The translations under genes and the position numbers were made by a program. Under the pieces are notes generated by a model. That model made no database searches, was not told the DNA's origin, and saw only the letters and a list, made by a program, of their open reading frames with translations. From the sequence record ON529850.1: a stretch of 64,000 nucleotides of DNA; one strand, written 5' to 3'. Shown one piece after another: positions 1 through 9,032 of this stretch. Position 1 is the first letter of the stretch. Each line of letters begins with the position of its first letter.

Positions 1-830
1 TTGTCGTTGACCTGACCCAGGTCGTCGACTTCCATCACGCCGTTTTGCAGGCCGATGACGCCCGAGTCGCCCACGTTCACGACGTAGATCGAGGTGCCAA
101 CGGGAGCGCCGCCACCGGGGCAGGCTTCGTTGAAGTCGATCACTTGCGTGTTCGTGTCGTCGTAGTCGGTGGTCAGGATCGGCAGGTCGTTATAGAACGC
201 GACGCGCGTTCCATATTCGTCCTTGTCCCAGGTGATGAAGCCGGCGACCGAAGTCTGGCGCGAAGCGGCCGACAGCAGGTTGCGCATGCGCTTCGACATG
301 ATCAGGTGCGTGGCGCCGTCGACAGCGTCGATGGCTTCGTCCAGCACTTGCAGCGACAGAGCGTCACCGCCAGCGGTGGCGCCGGCCGGGATCAGCTGAT
401 CGCCGACGATGCGCTTGCGCAGGCCGTCGAATTCACGCGGATCGGCTTCCGAGTCGCCGTTGATGATCTTGCCGGCCAGGAAGAGCGACAGGGCCTTGAC
501 CTTCATCTTTTCCTGCATGGTGCGGATGTTCGCGCCATGAGTACGGATGAGGGCCTTATCGACGTCCAGGTCGCCGCCGACGATCTTCAGAACTTCGACT
601 TGCGAGTTGATGACGCCGACGCCGTTCCCGTAAGCTTCGTTGAAGCCACGGAAAGCCACGCCCGGCAGCTGGCCTTCTTGGGTGTAGGTGTACGAACCAC
701 CCGGCACGTCCATGAAGGGGAGGACCTTCAGGAGGTCCGGATAAGCGAACAGCTCGATGATCGCCGAGCGCTTCACTTCGTCGTTGCCCATAGCCAGGTC
801 AGAGGCTTCGAGCAGGGTCAAGGCAGCCAT
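1..830 (-). CDS. Major capsid protein, N-terminal part (runs off left edge; absent from ORF track)
   Basis: Manual translation MAALTLLEASDLAMGNDEVKRSAIIELFAYPDLLKVLPFMDVPGGSYTYTQEGQLPGVAFRGFNEAY...GGDLDVDKAL...EFDGLRKRI; GAGGAG RBS; resembles phiCbK-type HK97-fold capsid proteins. Confidence 0.9.
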   Translation of the reverse strand, partial: MAALTLLEASDLAMGNDEVKRSAIIELFAYPDLLKVLPFMDVPGGSYTYTQEGQLPGVAFRGFNEAYGNGVGVINSQVEVLKIVGGDLDVDKALIRTHGANIRTMQEKMKVKALSLFLAGKIINGDSEADPREFDGLRKRIVGDQLIPAGATAGGDALSLQVLDEAIDAVDGATHLIMSKRMRNLLSAASRQTSVAGFITWDKDEYGTRVAFYNDLPILTTDYDDTNTQVIDFNEACPGGGAPVGTSIYVVNVGDSGVIGLQNGVMEVDDLGQVND

Positions 831-932
831 TGGCTGTCTCCTCTAGGTTTCATGGTGGTCGTGTTCAGGGAGGCGGCCCCCGCCTCGGGCTCCCCCTCGG
901 ACCGACCACCGTCAGCACCCGAGGGAATAATT

Positions 933-965
933 TTGAGTCACCTTTTCCGAAGAAACGTGACTCAA
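933..965. promoter_or_regulatory. Operator-like inverted repeat TTGAGTCAC-N15-GTGACTCAA upstream of the capsid gene; each arm contains a GANTC site
   Basis: Read directly from sequence in the 360-bp scaffold-capsid intergenic gap. Confidence 0.5.
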
Positions 966-1191
966 TTCTGTGCGGATCGCCCCGTGGCGCTCGACGCGAA
1001 AGTGGTTGCCCGTTCGGGCGAAATCTGTGCCGGCTTTTGACGAGAGCCGGCCAACTCGGGGCCTGGAGTAGAAAGGAGGAAACACCTCCAAGCCCGGTCG
1101 ACCTGAATGAACAGGCCTAGACATGACGGGGTCATACCCGACGTTTTAGGTCCGCCGACCAACCCCTTGGCGGAGGGGATTTCCGTGCGTC

Positions 1192-1986
1192 TTACAGACG
1201 CGAAGCGCGATCGCCGTTCGCCAGGGCCAGCTTGTCGGCCGCCGACAGGTTGCGCATCTCGGCCTGGGTCTTGCCCAGAGCGCCGCGCTGCCCGCCGTCC
1301 GCACCGCCGCCAGCCGCGCCGCCGCCGTGAGTGCCCTTGAAGTAGTGAGGCGCTTCGTCCTTCAGCTTCAGAATCCACTCCTTGGGCGTCAGCGGCGAGC
1401 CGCCGTCAGCACCGTACAGTTGCAGATCGCCCTGGTAGGCCAGAACGCGACCATCATCGCCGGCGCGCCAGACTTCCGTCGCGCGGTGCAGGATGTCGCG
1501 GACGGCCGCCGGAGCGACGCCCAGTTCCGGGTCGATCAGAGCGTCCTTGATGGCGGTATTCACCAGGGTGCGCTTGTAGGTCGATTCCAGATCGGTGGCC
1601 TTGGTCTTCCAGTTGGCGCCTTCCTTCTGGGCGGCGCGAATCTGGTCCTCCAGGACCTTCTTCATATCTTCGGTCCGGCGGATCACTTCTTCTTCGATCC
1701 GGCGGCTGTCGGTCAGCTGACCATCCTTCACGCGCTGCGACGTCGCGCGCAGTTCAGTCAGGTCGTTGACAAAGGCGGTGGGGTCTTCGCCGACGATCGG
1801 CTCCAGCGTCTCCACCTTCTTCTTCAGCTCGTCGCGTTCCTTGACGAGCGTGATGTTGGTCTCGCGGAATTCGTCCAGTTTTTCCTGGGCGACGAGGTTG
1901 ATTTGGACCTTGTCCCCATCAGCCTTGGCATAGCTGCGGAGCGGCTCCGGAATCTGATCCAGAGTGTCGAAAGTGCAAATGGGCAT
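1192..1986 (-). CDS. Capsid scaffolding protein (probable start MPICTFD)
   Basis: Directly upstream of the capsid gene; long charged coiled coil, Gly-rich linker, short C-terminal helix LSAADKLALANG. Confidence 0.7.
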   Translation of the reverse strand: MPICTFDTLDQIPEPLRSYAKADGDKVQINLVAQEKLDEFRETNITLVKERDELKKKVETLEPIVGEDPTAFVNDLTELRATSQRVKDGQLTDSRRIEEEVIRRTEDMKKVLEDQIRAAQKEGANWKTKATDLESTYKRTLVNTAIKDALIDPELGVAPAAVRDILHRATEVWRAGDDGRVLAYQGDLQLYGADGGSPLTPKEWILKLKDEAPHYFKGTHGGGAAGGGADGGQRGALGKTQAEMRNLSAADKLALANGDRASRL

Positions 1987-2103
1987 TACTGAGTTGTTTC
2001 TCTTGCGCCCTGGACCCCAGGGCATGGCGCTACGACCCGTGCGTCGCGAGATGATTTTACGGTGGGACCGGCTTCGGGGCCGTTCTCCTTCGGGATGACG
2101 CGG

Positions 2104-2137
2104 ACCCTATCAAAAAAGATTGGAAATGTCAAGAATC
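2104..2137 (-). promoter_or_regulatory. Sigma70-type promoter for scaffold/capsid (TTGACA-N17-TAGGGT) with abutting GANTC
   Basis: tgtcaa at 2127-2132, acccta at 2104-2109, gaatc at 2133-2137. Confidence 0.6.
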
Positions 2138-2206
2138 TCCTCAATTAAGTATTGACTGCCAGGATTCACGGCGCTACTGATTGGGGTTTGCCCAAAGAGT
2201 GACCCC

Positions 2207-2779
2207 TTAGGAAGGCAGTTGTTTCTTTTGGGTCTTGACAGTATTGCGCGACTTCCGTTCAATGACGAAGCCGTAACGCGCCATATCCGAGGCGCTCTTT
2301 TCCTTGTGACAGGGATCGGTGCAGAGTATCTGGACGTTCTCTGGTTCCCAGAATGACCAATCGCCAAATGCCAGGAACAACGGCACTACGTGATCTGCTT
2401 GCCATTTATCCGACAAGCGATTCCACACCTTCCCGCACTTAGCACATTTACCTTCGTCCCGCAAGAAGACGTGCTGACGCATCACCTTCGGATCGGAACG
2501 GAGCAAGTATTGGTTCACGCACGTCTGGCCGCACCAAGAACGGCGCAGATTCAACGTCACGCCGTCTACTTTAAAAATCTTCACGCCACACCACCGGCAG
2601 TGTCCGGGCGGCTGACGCGTAATTTTCGACGGGTGGGTGCGGTGGTTGTAGGACACAGGCAGTTTGGACCCGCGCGGTTTCTTCGACCGGCGCGGTCGGC
2701 TCGACGCACGGCGTCGGCGGGTAATCGTATTGGCGGTCGTCTTCGGGGGAGATGCGCGCCGCTTTGGGCGGCGGGCCAT
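2207..2779 (-). CDS. HNH endonuclease (start uncertain, possibly GTG at 2656)
   Basis: CxxC pairs and ADHVVP...ENVQILCTDPCHKEK HNH motif. Confidence 0.8.
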   Translation of the reverse strand: MARRPKRRASPPKTTANTITRRRRASSRPRRSKKPRGSKLPVSYNHRTHPSKITRQPPGHCRWCGVKIFKVDGVTLNLRRSWCGQTCVNQYLLRSDPKVMRQHVFLRDEGKCAKCGKVWNRLSDKWQADHVVPLFLAFGDWSFWEPENVQILCTDPCHKEKSASDMARYGFVIERKSRNTVKTQKKQLPS

Positions 2780-2809
2780 CAGGCGTCAGCCGGCTTTCGC
2801 CGTTCGTCT

Positions 2810-3265
2810 TCAGTCATCGGAAAAGAGGTGACGCAGCGCCATCGCGTCCCAGTAGGCATTGTGCTGGACGGCGCCTTCCAGCGAAGTCGGGTAGGATTGA
2901 ACCCGCATCATCTCAAAGGTGAGGTGATGTTTGGCGACCATCTCACCAGGCCCCGTCATGAGCGCTCGGCAGAAGTAGGCGATGTCGTCCGGCCAGTCCG
3001 AGATGATGTGCGGTCGGTCATCCCCCAGAAGGAAGGCGGCGATGGTCCGCGCAGCATCCGCCGGCGTCAAACCCTTCCAGATCGCCAGGCCGTCCGGAAC
3101 CGATTCCAACAACGGCTTGACGTTCTCCTCAACCCAAGGCGTGCAGGGTTGTTCGGCTCGGTCCAGGATGATGTAGAGAGACTTGGCGCCGTCTTGCCGA
3201 ATCAGCGCGAGACTGAGAAGATCACCGCCGAAGCCGTCGAACTCACAGTCGAGAAAATAGTTCAT
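2810..3265 (-). CDS. DEDDh 3'-5' exo(ribo)nuclease, RNase AS-like
   Basis: FLDCEF (ExoI), SDWPDDIAYF (ExoII), HNAYWDAMAL (ExoIII). Confidence 0.75.
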   Translation of the reverse strand: MNYFLDCEFDGFGGDLLSLALIRQDGAKSLYIILDRAEQPCTPWVEENVKPLLESVPDGLAIWKGLTPADAARTIAAFLLGDDRPHIISDWPDDIAYFCRALMTGPGEMVAKHHLTFEMMRVQSYPTSLEGAVQHNAYWDAMALRHLFSDD

Positions 3266-3297
3266 AGGTAATTGTTACAGGTGACGTTCACGGCCGT

Positions 3298-3570
3298 TTA
3301 CGTCAACTTCCCCTTCAGCGCCGCCAGGTGCGCCAGGTTGTCGTGGTGGATGCGGATGTGGTCGAGGAGCGCTTCGTAGGTCGCCAGGGCCTGGAGCCGC
3401 GACGCCTCCACGTCCGAACCGGACACGCGCCCTTTCGTTGGCGTGGTCGTCATCAGCTTGACGTAAGCGTTGTGCGCCAGGGCGTATTCGTGGTTGAGCG
3501 AATCGATGTCGCGTCGAGACGCCGTGGCGTCAGCGATCGCCTTCTTGATCGCGTCTTTGCGTGCACTCAT
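3298..3570 (-). CDS. Hypothetical protein
   Basis: ORF in tightly packed co-oriented run. Confidence 0.6.
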   Translation of the reverse strand: MSARKDAIKKAIADATASRRDIDSLNHEYALAHNAYVKLMTTTPTKGRVSGSDVEASRLQALATYEALLDHIRIHHDNLAHLAALKGKLT

Positions 3571-4058
3571 AGGCGGGTGTGTTCGTCCCCATCGTCGATG
3601 TCCGGAAAGCCGGCAAAATTCCCCTTAAGCAGGGGGTGTGCTCGACAGTCTTCCATGGACTTCCCGCATTCATCGACCTGTTGGAATGTCGTCGTGTGCG
3701 GGAACAGCTGCGCGGCTTCTTCGGGAAGCCCTTCGAACAGCAGGTCCAGCTCTTCCAGCGTCCACGGGCCGTCAGGATTCCGTTCCAGGATGTCGTCTTT
3801 CGCGGCGGTCATTTTGTACCCCAGATGCGTCAGCATGAAACGCAGGAGACCACCGGGCGGCGGCGCGACCTGGTCGGCATATTCCTCCGGAGGCATATTC
3901 CAGTGCACGACGACTTCTCCCGTCACCGCCAGCGGGAAAGACCGATGCACCGATCCTTGCGAATCAGCCAGGATAGCGGCATAGAGGTCGGGGTCCGACA
4001 GATAGAGGCCGCGCTCATCCCGCTCCTGGGCGATCTCGGCCGGCGTCTTAGAGTCCAT
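3567..4058 (-). CDS. Hypothetical protein
   Basis: 4-bp overlap with downstream gene; acidic phage-like ORF. Confidence 0.6.
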   Translation of the reverse strand: MDSKTPAEIAQERDERGLYLSDPDLYAAILADSQGSVHRSFPLAVTGEVVVHWNMPPEEYADQVAPPPGGLLRFMLTHLGYKMTAAKDDILERNPDGPWTLEELDLLFEGLPEEAAQLFPHTTTFQQVDECGKSMEDCRAHPLLKGNFAGFPDIDDGDEHTRL

Positions 4059-4278
4059 GTTCGCACGCCTCCTTCAGCGCCTGGATCAGCTGGTTCGCCT
4101 GGCTCTCGTAGAGGAAGGAACGTCGGGTCGCTTCAGCAGCGAGTTCATCGGGCGTCACGGTCGGTTTCATCAAATCCACCTCGGCGTAGAGCGCCTTGTA
4201 GGCCAAGGCCCAGGCGAGACGTCGGGTAGATTGGACCGGCGCGGGCCATTTCAGCAGCAGGGCGTCAACTTGCGGCAC
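4048..4278 (-). CDS. Hypothetical protein
   Basis: Overlapping co-oriented ORF. Confidence 0.55.
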   Translation of the reverse strand: MPQVDALLLKWPAPVQSTRRLAWALAYKALYAEVDLMKPTVTPDELAAEATRRSFLYESQANQLIQALKEACEHGL

Positions 4279-4708
4279 GGTGGTCTTCCTCTTGCAGCGG
4301 TTCCGCGCGTGGGGCCAGGCCGGCGCGAACCTGTTCGATCCATTCCCGCCGCGCTTCGTCAGCGCAGTCGCGCGCCGGAAGATACGGACGGAACCCGATC
4401 ACGACGGCGGAGCCTGGAGATTCGTAGATGATCTCGACTGCATCCGCCTGGGCCAGGTCGCTTTCCAGCTCTTCCTCCGGGCCGGCGATCTCCAGGATCG
4501 CCAAGGCGAGACGGCGCGCCAGCCGCCGATCGAACAACATCTGGTTCTGCGGCGCGACGATCTCGACGCAGCGTCCGTCAGGATTGCCGATAGTGCGGAA
4601 GACGTGATGGAAGCGCGGGTCCATCGCCTCGGTGCAGCGCCAGACCATCAATCCGCCTTGGATCGTCCGGACGAACGCCGCATCGGGCGGCGGAACCGAC
4701 TTCGTCAA
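4265..4708 (-). CDS. Hypothetical protein
   Basis: Overlapping co-oriented ORF. Confidence 0.55.
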   Translation of the reverse strand: MTKSVPPPDAAFVRTIQGGLMVWRCTEAMDPRFHHVFRTIGNPDGRCVEIVAPQNQMLFDRRLARRLALAILEIAGPEEELESDLAQADAVEIIYESPGSAVVIGFRPYLPARDCADEARREWIEQVRAGLAPRAEPLQEEDHRAAS

Positions 4709-4846
4709 CGCGGCGCCGTGGAGATGGTGGTGATGGCCGAGGTGTTCATCAGCGCCGAGCGCAGCGATTCATAACGGCGCGGCGCCAGGTAAGCCGGAAC
4801 GATCGGAGCGAACAGCTTCGTCAAGGTCATCATGTCGGGAAGAAAC

Positions 4847-5083
4847 TCAGTTCGGGGGACGCCGTCCGCCCAGTTGCAGAAAATACATCACGGCGCCGAA
4901 AGCGCCGACGAGACAGAAAAACGCCCCGACCGCATGGGCGAGAGGCGTTTCTCCAGGCGCCGCATCAAGATACGGCACGACGATCTGCGCGAAGACCACC
5001 ATGAACCATGCGGCGACGACCAGCATCAAGCTGCGGCGCTGCGCTCGGGTCACAGCCGGTCTCCCCACTTGGAGAAGGCCCAC
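4847..5083 (-). CDS. Small membrane protein
   Basis: Two hydrophobic segments. Confidence 0.45.
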   Translation of the reverse strand: MGLLQVGRPAVTRAQRRSLMLVVAAWFMVVFAQIVVPYLDAAPGETPLAHAVGAFFCLVGAFGAVMYFLQLGGRRPPN

Positions 5084-5310
5084 TCTGCGAGGAGATAGAG
5101 GCCTGCCGCCGCGTTGGGGATCACGGCGCCGACTGTCATCGGCAAGAACGTCAACCTGAGATCATGATGCCACAAAGCGTATGGCAACGCCAGAATTCCC
5201 CCAACGATCGCGCCGAGAAACGCCAACCCCACCACCCCGCCGACAATGGCGAGCGCGACGAGCCAGGACATCGTGCCGCCCCAGCTATGCCCGAAGCCTG
5301 AAGCGTCCAT
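5050..5310 (-). CDS. Small membrane protein
   Basis: Two to three hydrophobic segments. Confidence 0.5.
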   Translation of the reverse strand: MDASGFGHSWGGTMSWLVALAIVGGVVGLAFLGAIVGGILALPYALWHHDLRLTFLPMTVGAVIPNAAAGLYLLAEWAFSKWGDRL

Positions 5311-6065
5311 CAGTCACTCCCCATCAACAGGGCATGGATGCGATCCCAGCCCGCGCTGTCGATCTTGTCAAGCGCCGACAGGAACAACCCAACCAGGCGA
5401 TCCTTAGACACCTGGGGTCCCGCCATGCCGTGCTGCGGTGGTTGACCGCGCGGCGCGATGATGCCGGCCCAGGAATCCTCCTGGTTGAACTTCTTCATCA
5501 CCGTCAGGGTGACGTTGTGGCCTCGGCTCTCGTGGTATCGGCGCTTCGGGAAGCTGTAGGTGTCGCCCGCCATCAGAACCTGAACGCCGCCGATCTTGAC
5601 GTCCACGCCTCGGCGGCGAATCGTCGGCTCCTCCGAGCCGAGGTGAGCCGGCATGACTTCCCACTCATCGAACGAGCCGTATCCGGGGACGACCTGGTCT
5701 CCCGAACCCGCCGTGTGAACGGCTCCTTCGCCCACGTCGAGGAAGATGTTCGTCACCGCGCCGAGCAGCACCGTAGAAGTGAAGTCGAAGCGGTGGTCAT
5801 GCCGACAGCCGAAGGATTCCGGTTCCGTCGGCAGGTCCGGGTGCCACAGGTGCAGCCGAACGTCCTCGCTCAGGTAGACCTGGGCGAAACCGACGCCGGC
5901 GTGATAGCGCGGCTTCAGCCGCCCCGACACCAAGCCGGAACGCAAGTCGCCATGGAGCGGATGCCGGCGATCATTGTCGATGATCTCGGCGATCTTCTGA
6001 TTGGCGGCTTCGGCGGCCTTCTTCAGCGTCGACGGATTGATGGTCAATTCACATCCCCTTCCCAA
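5310..6065 (-). CDS. Cupin-like metalloprotein (start uncertain)
   Basis: LHLWHP...HDHRFDFTSTVLLG and downstream YHES pattern resemble His-ligand cupins. Confidence 0.45.
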   Translation of the reverse strand: MGRGCELTINPSTLKKAAEAANQKIAEIIDNDRRHPLHGDLRSGLVSGRLKPRYHAGVGFAQVYLSEDVRLHLWHPDLPTEPESFGCRHDHRFDFTSTVLLGAVTNIFLDVGEGAVHTAGSGDQVVPGYGSFDEWEVMPAHLGSEEPTIRRRGVDVKIGGVQVLMAGDTYSFPKRRYHESRGHNVTLTVMKKFNQEDSWAGIIAPRGQPPQHGMAGPQVSKDRLVGLFLSALDKIDSAGWDRIHALLMGSD

Positions 6066-6958
6066 CCCGACGGCGCGCGGAAGCCCGCCGCGTTCTTGTG
6101 CCCGCCGCCGCCGAACTCGCCCGCCACGAGCGAGACGTTGACCGCGCTCGGATCGTCCTTGTCGGAACGCAGAGAGAACGAGCGGGACCCGTCGGCCGCG
6201 TCGAAATAGATCGCCGCGAACGGCTCGCCCTTGCTCATGATGTTCCCGCCTTCCGAGGCGTAGATATAGGGCAGGTTCGCGACCGGGACATCATAGCCGC
6301 CGATCGTCATGCGGCGCTTCGACGCCTTGATCGCGCCAGCGAGGTCGGAGTCGAACTTCTTGCAGAGCGCCCGGCCGATGTCGACCGCGATGTCGAAGGT
6401 TTCGACCATCGACAAGCGCACCGCCGCGTCGGACCAGGCCTTGAACGTCATCGGGGTCAGGCCGAGCCAGGCGCTGATCTCCTTGGAGGACGGCAGTTCC
6501 CACGTCCAGAGATCACGATCCTGGATGTAGCGAACCAGGTCCGGCAGGCGATCCGACTCCGTGACGCCGAAGCTGCGCGTGAACGCCGTGACGTCGTCGC
6601 CATAGGCGAACTCCCACGCCAGCGCGGCGCCCGACTTGGTCATGTCGAACACGCCCTTGATCGTGCCGTCCTCGATCATCGGCTCCAGCAGGCGCTGCGC
6701 CGATTCGTGGTGATCCAGGATGGTGACCGACGCGGCTTCCGACACGATCTGCATCAGGTCGTCCGGCTTATAGGAGAAGTCGACCAGAAGAACGTGCTTG
6801 CCGGCGACGTCAGGAAGACTGTCAGCCTGATACTTGCCCGGCTGCATTTCGCAATCGGGCCAGCGCAGCTGGATCGCCCAGGCGGCGGTGAAGCCGTCGG
6901 CGCAAGGGTGGTGATAGATGCACAGTTCGGGCGTATAGCCCTCAGGAGCGCGATACAT
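6044..6958 (-). CDS. DHH/DHHA1 phosphoesterase
   Basis: CADG, VDFS, LDHH, DRDLW, SLRS and GGGHKNAAG motifs; probable start MYRAPEG. Confidence 0.9.
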   Translation of the reverse strand: MYRAPEGYTPELCIYHHPCADGFTAAWAIQLRWPDCEMQPGKYQADSLPDVAGKHVLLVDFSYKPDDLMQIVSEAASVTILDHHESAQRLLEPMIEDGTIKGVFDMTKSGAALAWEFAYGDDVTAFTRSFGVTESDRLPDLVRYIQDRDLWTWELPSSKEISAWLGLTPMTFKAWSDAAVRLSMVETFDIAVDIGRALCKKFDSDLAGAIKASKRRMTIGGYDVPVANLPYIYASEGGNIMSKGEPFAAIYFDAADGSRSFSLRSDKDDPSAVNVSLVAGEFGGGGHKNAAGFRAPSGWEGDVN

Positions 6959-6959
6959 C

Positions 6960-7160
6960 TCAGTCCTCGTCGCTTGCGAGGATTTCGATCTCAGCCGAAC
7001 CCTCCTGGACCAGCTCCATCGAGTCGTCAGCGGACAGCGACGAGGAGATGTAGATTTCACCGTCTTCGTTGCGGCCGATGACGACGACGTCTTCGAGCTC
7101 GGCGTCCATGGCGTCGTCCAGAGCGCGATGGGGCGGGATACGGAACTTGGGCTTACTCAT
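6960..7160 (-). CDS. Small acidic hypothetical protein
   Basis: Abuts DHH gene start. Confidence 0.6.
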   Translation of the reverse strand: MSKPKFRIPPHRALDDAMDAELEDVVVIGRNEDGEIYISSSLSADDSMELVQEGSAEIEILASDED

Positions 7161-7193
7161 GTGGGGAACTTTTGAGGAAAAGGAAAAGGTTGG

Positions 7194-7586
7194 TCAGGCG
7201 CATGCCGGGCAGGGCACGGGATGCGGGGCCGGAACGCCGGCCGTTCGCACGACCTTGGCGCCGTAGCAGTTGGAGCAGGCGGTCGGATCGGCCGCCGCTT
7301 CCTTCTGCTTCATGGCGGTGATGCGCGCGGTGTGCTCGCAGCAGATGAAGCGATAGCCGTCTTTCGCGTCATATTTGATCGCGATCGGCAGCGCCTTTTC
7401 TTCCATGATCTTGTCGGCGAAATGCCGCAGCTCCCAGGCGGCGCGCATGCGGGCGATGTCGAGCGGGAGCTCTTCAACGCCGTAGGCGAGGCCGTTCGTC
7501 ATCACGACGTGGGTCTCGGTCTTATCAAGAAAGACCGTAGCGATCTGCGCCGGATCGAGCAGAAACTTGTCCGAAAGCAGCAGCAT
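7194..7586 (-). CDS. Hypothetical protein with C-terminal CxxC pairs
   Basis: CSNC...CPAC; co-oriented run. Confidence 0.55.
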   Translation of the reverse strand: MLLLSDKFLLDPAQIATVFLDKTETHVVMTNGLAYGVEELPLDIARMRAAWELRHFADKIMEEKALPIAIKYDAKDGYRFICCEHTARITAMKQKEAAADPTACSNCYGAKVVRTAGVPAPHPVPCPACA

Positions 7587-7891
7587 CAGCTGGCCTCCGC
7601 CGGGCCGTAAGACAGCACGTCGACACGACCTTCGTCGTCCGCCGGCGCCAGAACCAGCGCGTAAACCGCACTGTCGCCGTGAGCCTCAGCCGCCAGACAA
7701 TCCCGCCACTGCTTCTTCAGGTAGGCGATCGCGATCGGCTCTTCGACCACCTCGCACGGGTCGGCCCCCCAGTCTTGCCGGCAGATGTAGTGGACGTCTT
7801 CGCCGTCACGTTGGAACGTCCCGGCCTCGACGATCGAAGCGGGCTCGATGAAGAAGGCGGCGCCGTTGCTGCGTTGATGAAGTTGAATCAC
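7586..7891 (-). CDS. Hypothetical protein
   Basis: 1-bp overlap coupling. Confidence 0.55.
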   Translation of the reverse strand: MIQLHQRSNGAAFFIEPASIVEAGTFQRDGEDVHYICRQDWGADPCEVVEEPIAIAYLKKQWRDCLAAEAHGDSAVYALVLAPADDEGRVDVLSYGPAEAS

Positions 7892-8367
7892 AGGATCACC
7901 GTCGGGGCGTCGGGCGCCAGGTAAGGTTGAACAGCATGACGCACCCAGGCGTCATATTCGGTCGTTGTGATGCCGTCGGCCGGCTGGGGGCGGATCACGA
8001 CCAGGCCGCGAAAGCCGTGATACCCCCGACTCTTGTAGGGGTAAGCGGCCGCCGGGTAAGGAATCACCCGAACGCCGTCGTCGCCAGGCACGGCGTCGGG
8101 CTCCGCCACCAGGGGATACAGGTCTTCGGCCGCCTGGCGAGAAGGGACACAGTAGACCAGAGCGCCGCGCGGCGTTCCCAGAGCCGGAAGCGCCTGGGTG
8201 CGCCGACCCAACGCATAGGCGTCCAGCTGATCCTGGGTCGGTTCATGCAGATTCCGATGCGACGTCGGATAGGTGTGTCCTTTACGGCAGGTGTCGTTTC
8301 CGTTCGGACGCCGCTCACGCGACATGCCGTCTTCACCGCAGACGGGGCAATAACCGAGCACCCCCAT
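7888..8367 (-). CDS. Hypothetical protein with N-terminal Zn-ribbon-like motif
   Basis: CPVC...TCRKGH. Confidence 0.55.
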   Translation of the reverse strand: MGVLGYCPVCGEDGMSRERRPNGNDTCRKGHTYPTSHRNLHEPTQDQLDAYALGRRTQALPALGTPRGALVYCVPSRQAAEDLYPLVAEPDAVPGDDGVRVIPYPAAAYPYKSRGYHGFRGLVVIRPQPADGITTTEYDAWVRHAVQPYLAPDAPTVIL

Positions 8368-8681
8368 TACCAGCGCACCATGAAGCTGGGCCGGCCCGCA
8401 TGACCGCCCTGGTAATACTCGCTGCGATAGCCAGCCACCCTGAGCTCGCGCGTCACCTCGTCGACCAGCTTGATCTTTTCCGGACCCACGCGGGGGTCGC
8501 CGAACAGATCATAGATGTCGGTGCTCACCTGGCCCTGGTTGGCGGCATGATCGATGCGCGCCTGGACGAGATAGAGCATCTCATCCAGCGTCACATTCGA
8601 CATGGCGCGGCGCACTTCACGCGCCGGCGTCAGGGTGGACATGGACATCAGAGGCGCTTCGTCAGTCGACGGCATGATCAC
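8367..8681 (-). CDS. Hypothetical protein
   Basis: Coupled co-oriented ORF; C-terminus resembles upstream 8662-8988 (L..AGY...Q.G..A.R....V/LxW). Confidence 0.55.
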   Translation of the reverse strand: MIMPSTDEAPLMSMSTLTPAREVRRAMSNVTLDEMLYLVQARIDHAANQGQVSTDIYDLFGDPRVGPEKIKLVDEVTRELRVAGYRSEYYQGGHAGRPSFMVRW

Positions 8682-8988
8682 GCTCGGGCCAGGACAGGTT
8701 GATGTAGCCGCGCGCCGCGTTCGATCCGGCGTCGACCTGGATCGTGTAGCCGGCGTCTTCGAGCACAGCGGCGAGGTCTTGCACGTAGGGCGACGGCTTG
8801 CCGGTCATCCAGGCGCCGGAATGCGGCTGGCCGACGATCGTGGTCAGATCGATCACGGAGCGCCCCAGCGACACGGCCTGCTTCACCGCATAATCGATCT
8901 TGGCGTAGACGCCGGTCGGATCGGGCTGCGGCACGTAAAGGCGGGCTTCAGCGGCGGTGATGAAAGGGGCGGTCTTCTTCTTGGTCAT
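8662..8988 (-). CDS. Hypothetical protein
   Basis: Coupled co-oriented ORF. Confidence 0.55.
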   Translation of the reverse strand: MTKKKTAPFITAAEARLYVPQPDPTGVYAKIDYAVKQAVSLGRSVIDLTTIVGQPHSGAWMTGKPSPYVQDLAAVLEDAGYTIQVDAGSNAARGYINLSWPERDHAVD

Positions 8989-9032
8989 GAACTTTTACTT
9001 GAGAAACAGCGGAGAATTACGGGTGGCGGTGG

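Noticed and set aside
45-1040. 331-aa plus-strand ORF
   Set aside because: Shadow of the major capsid gene on the minus strand
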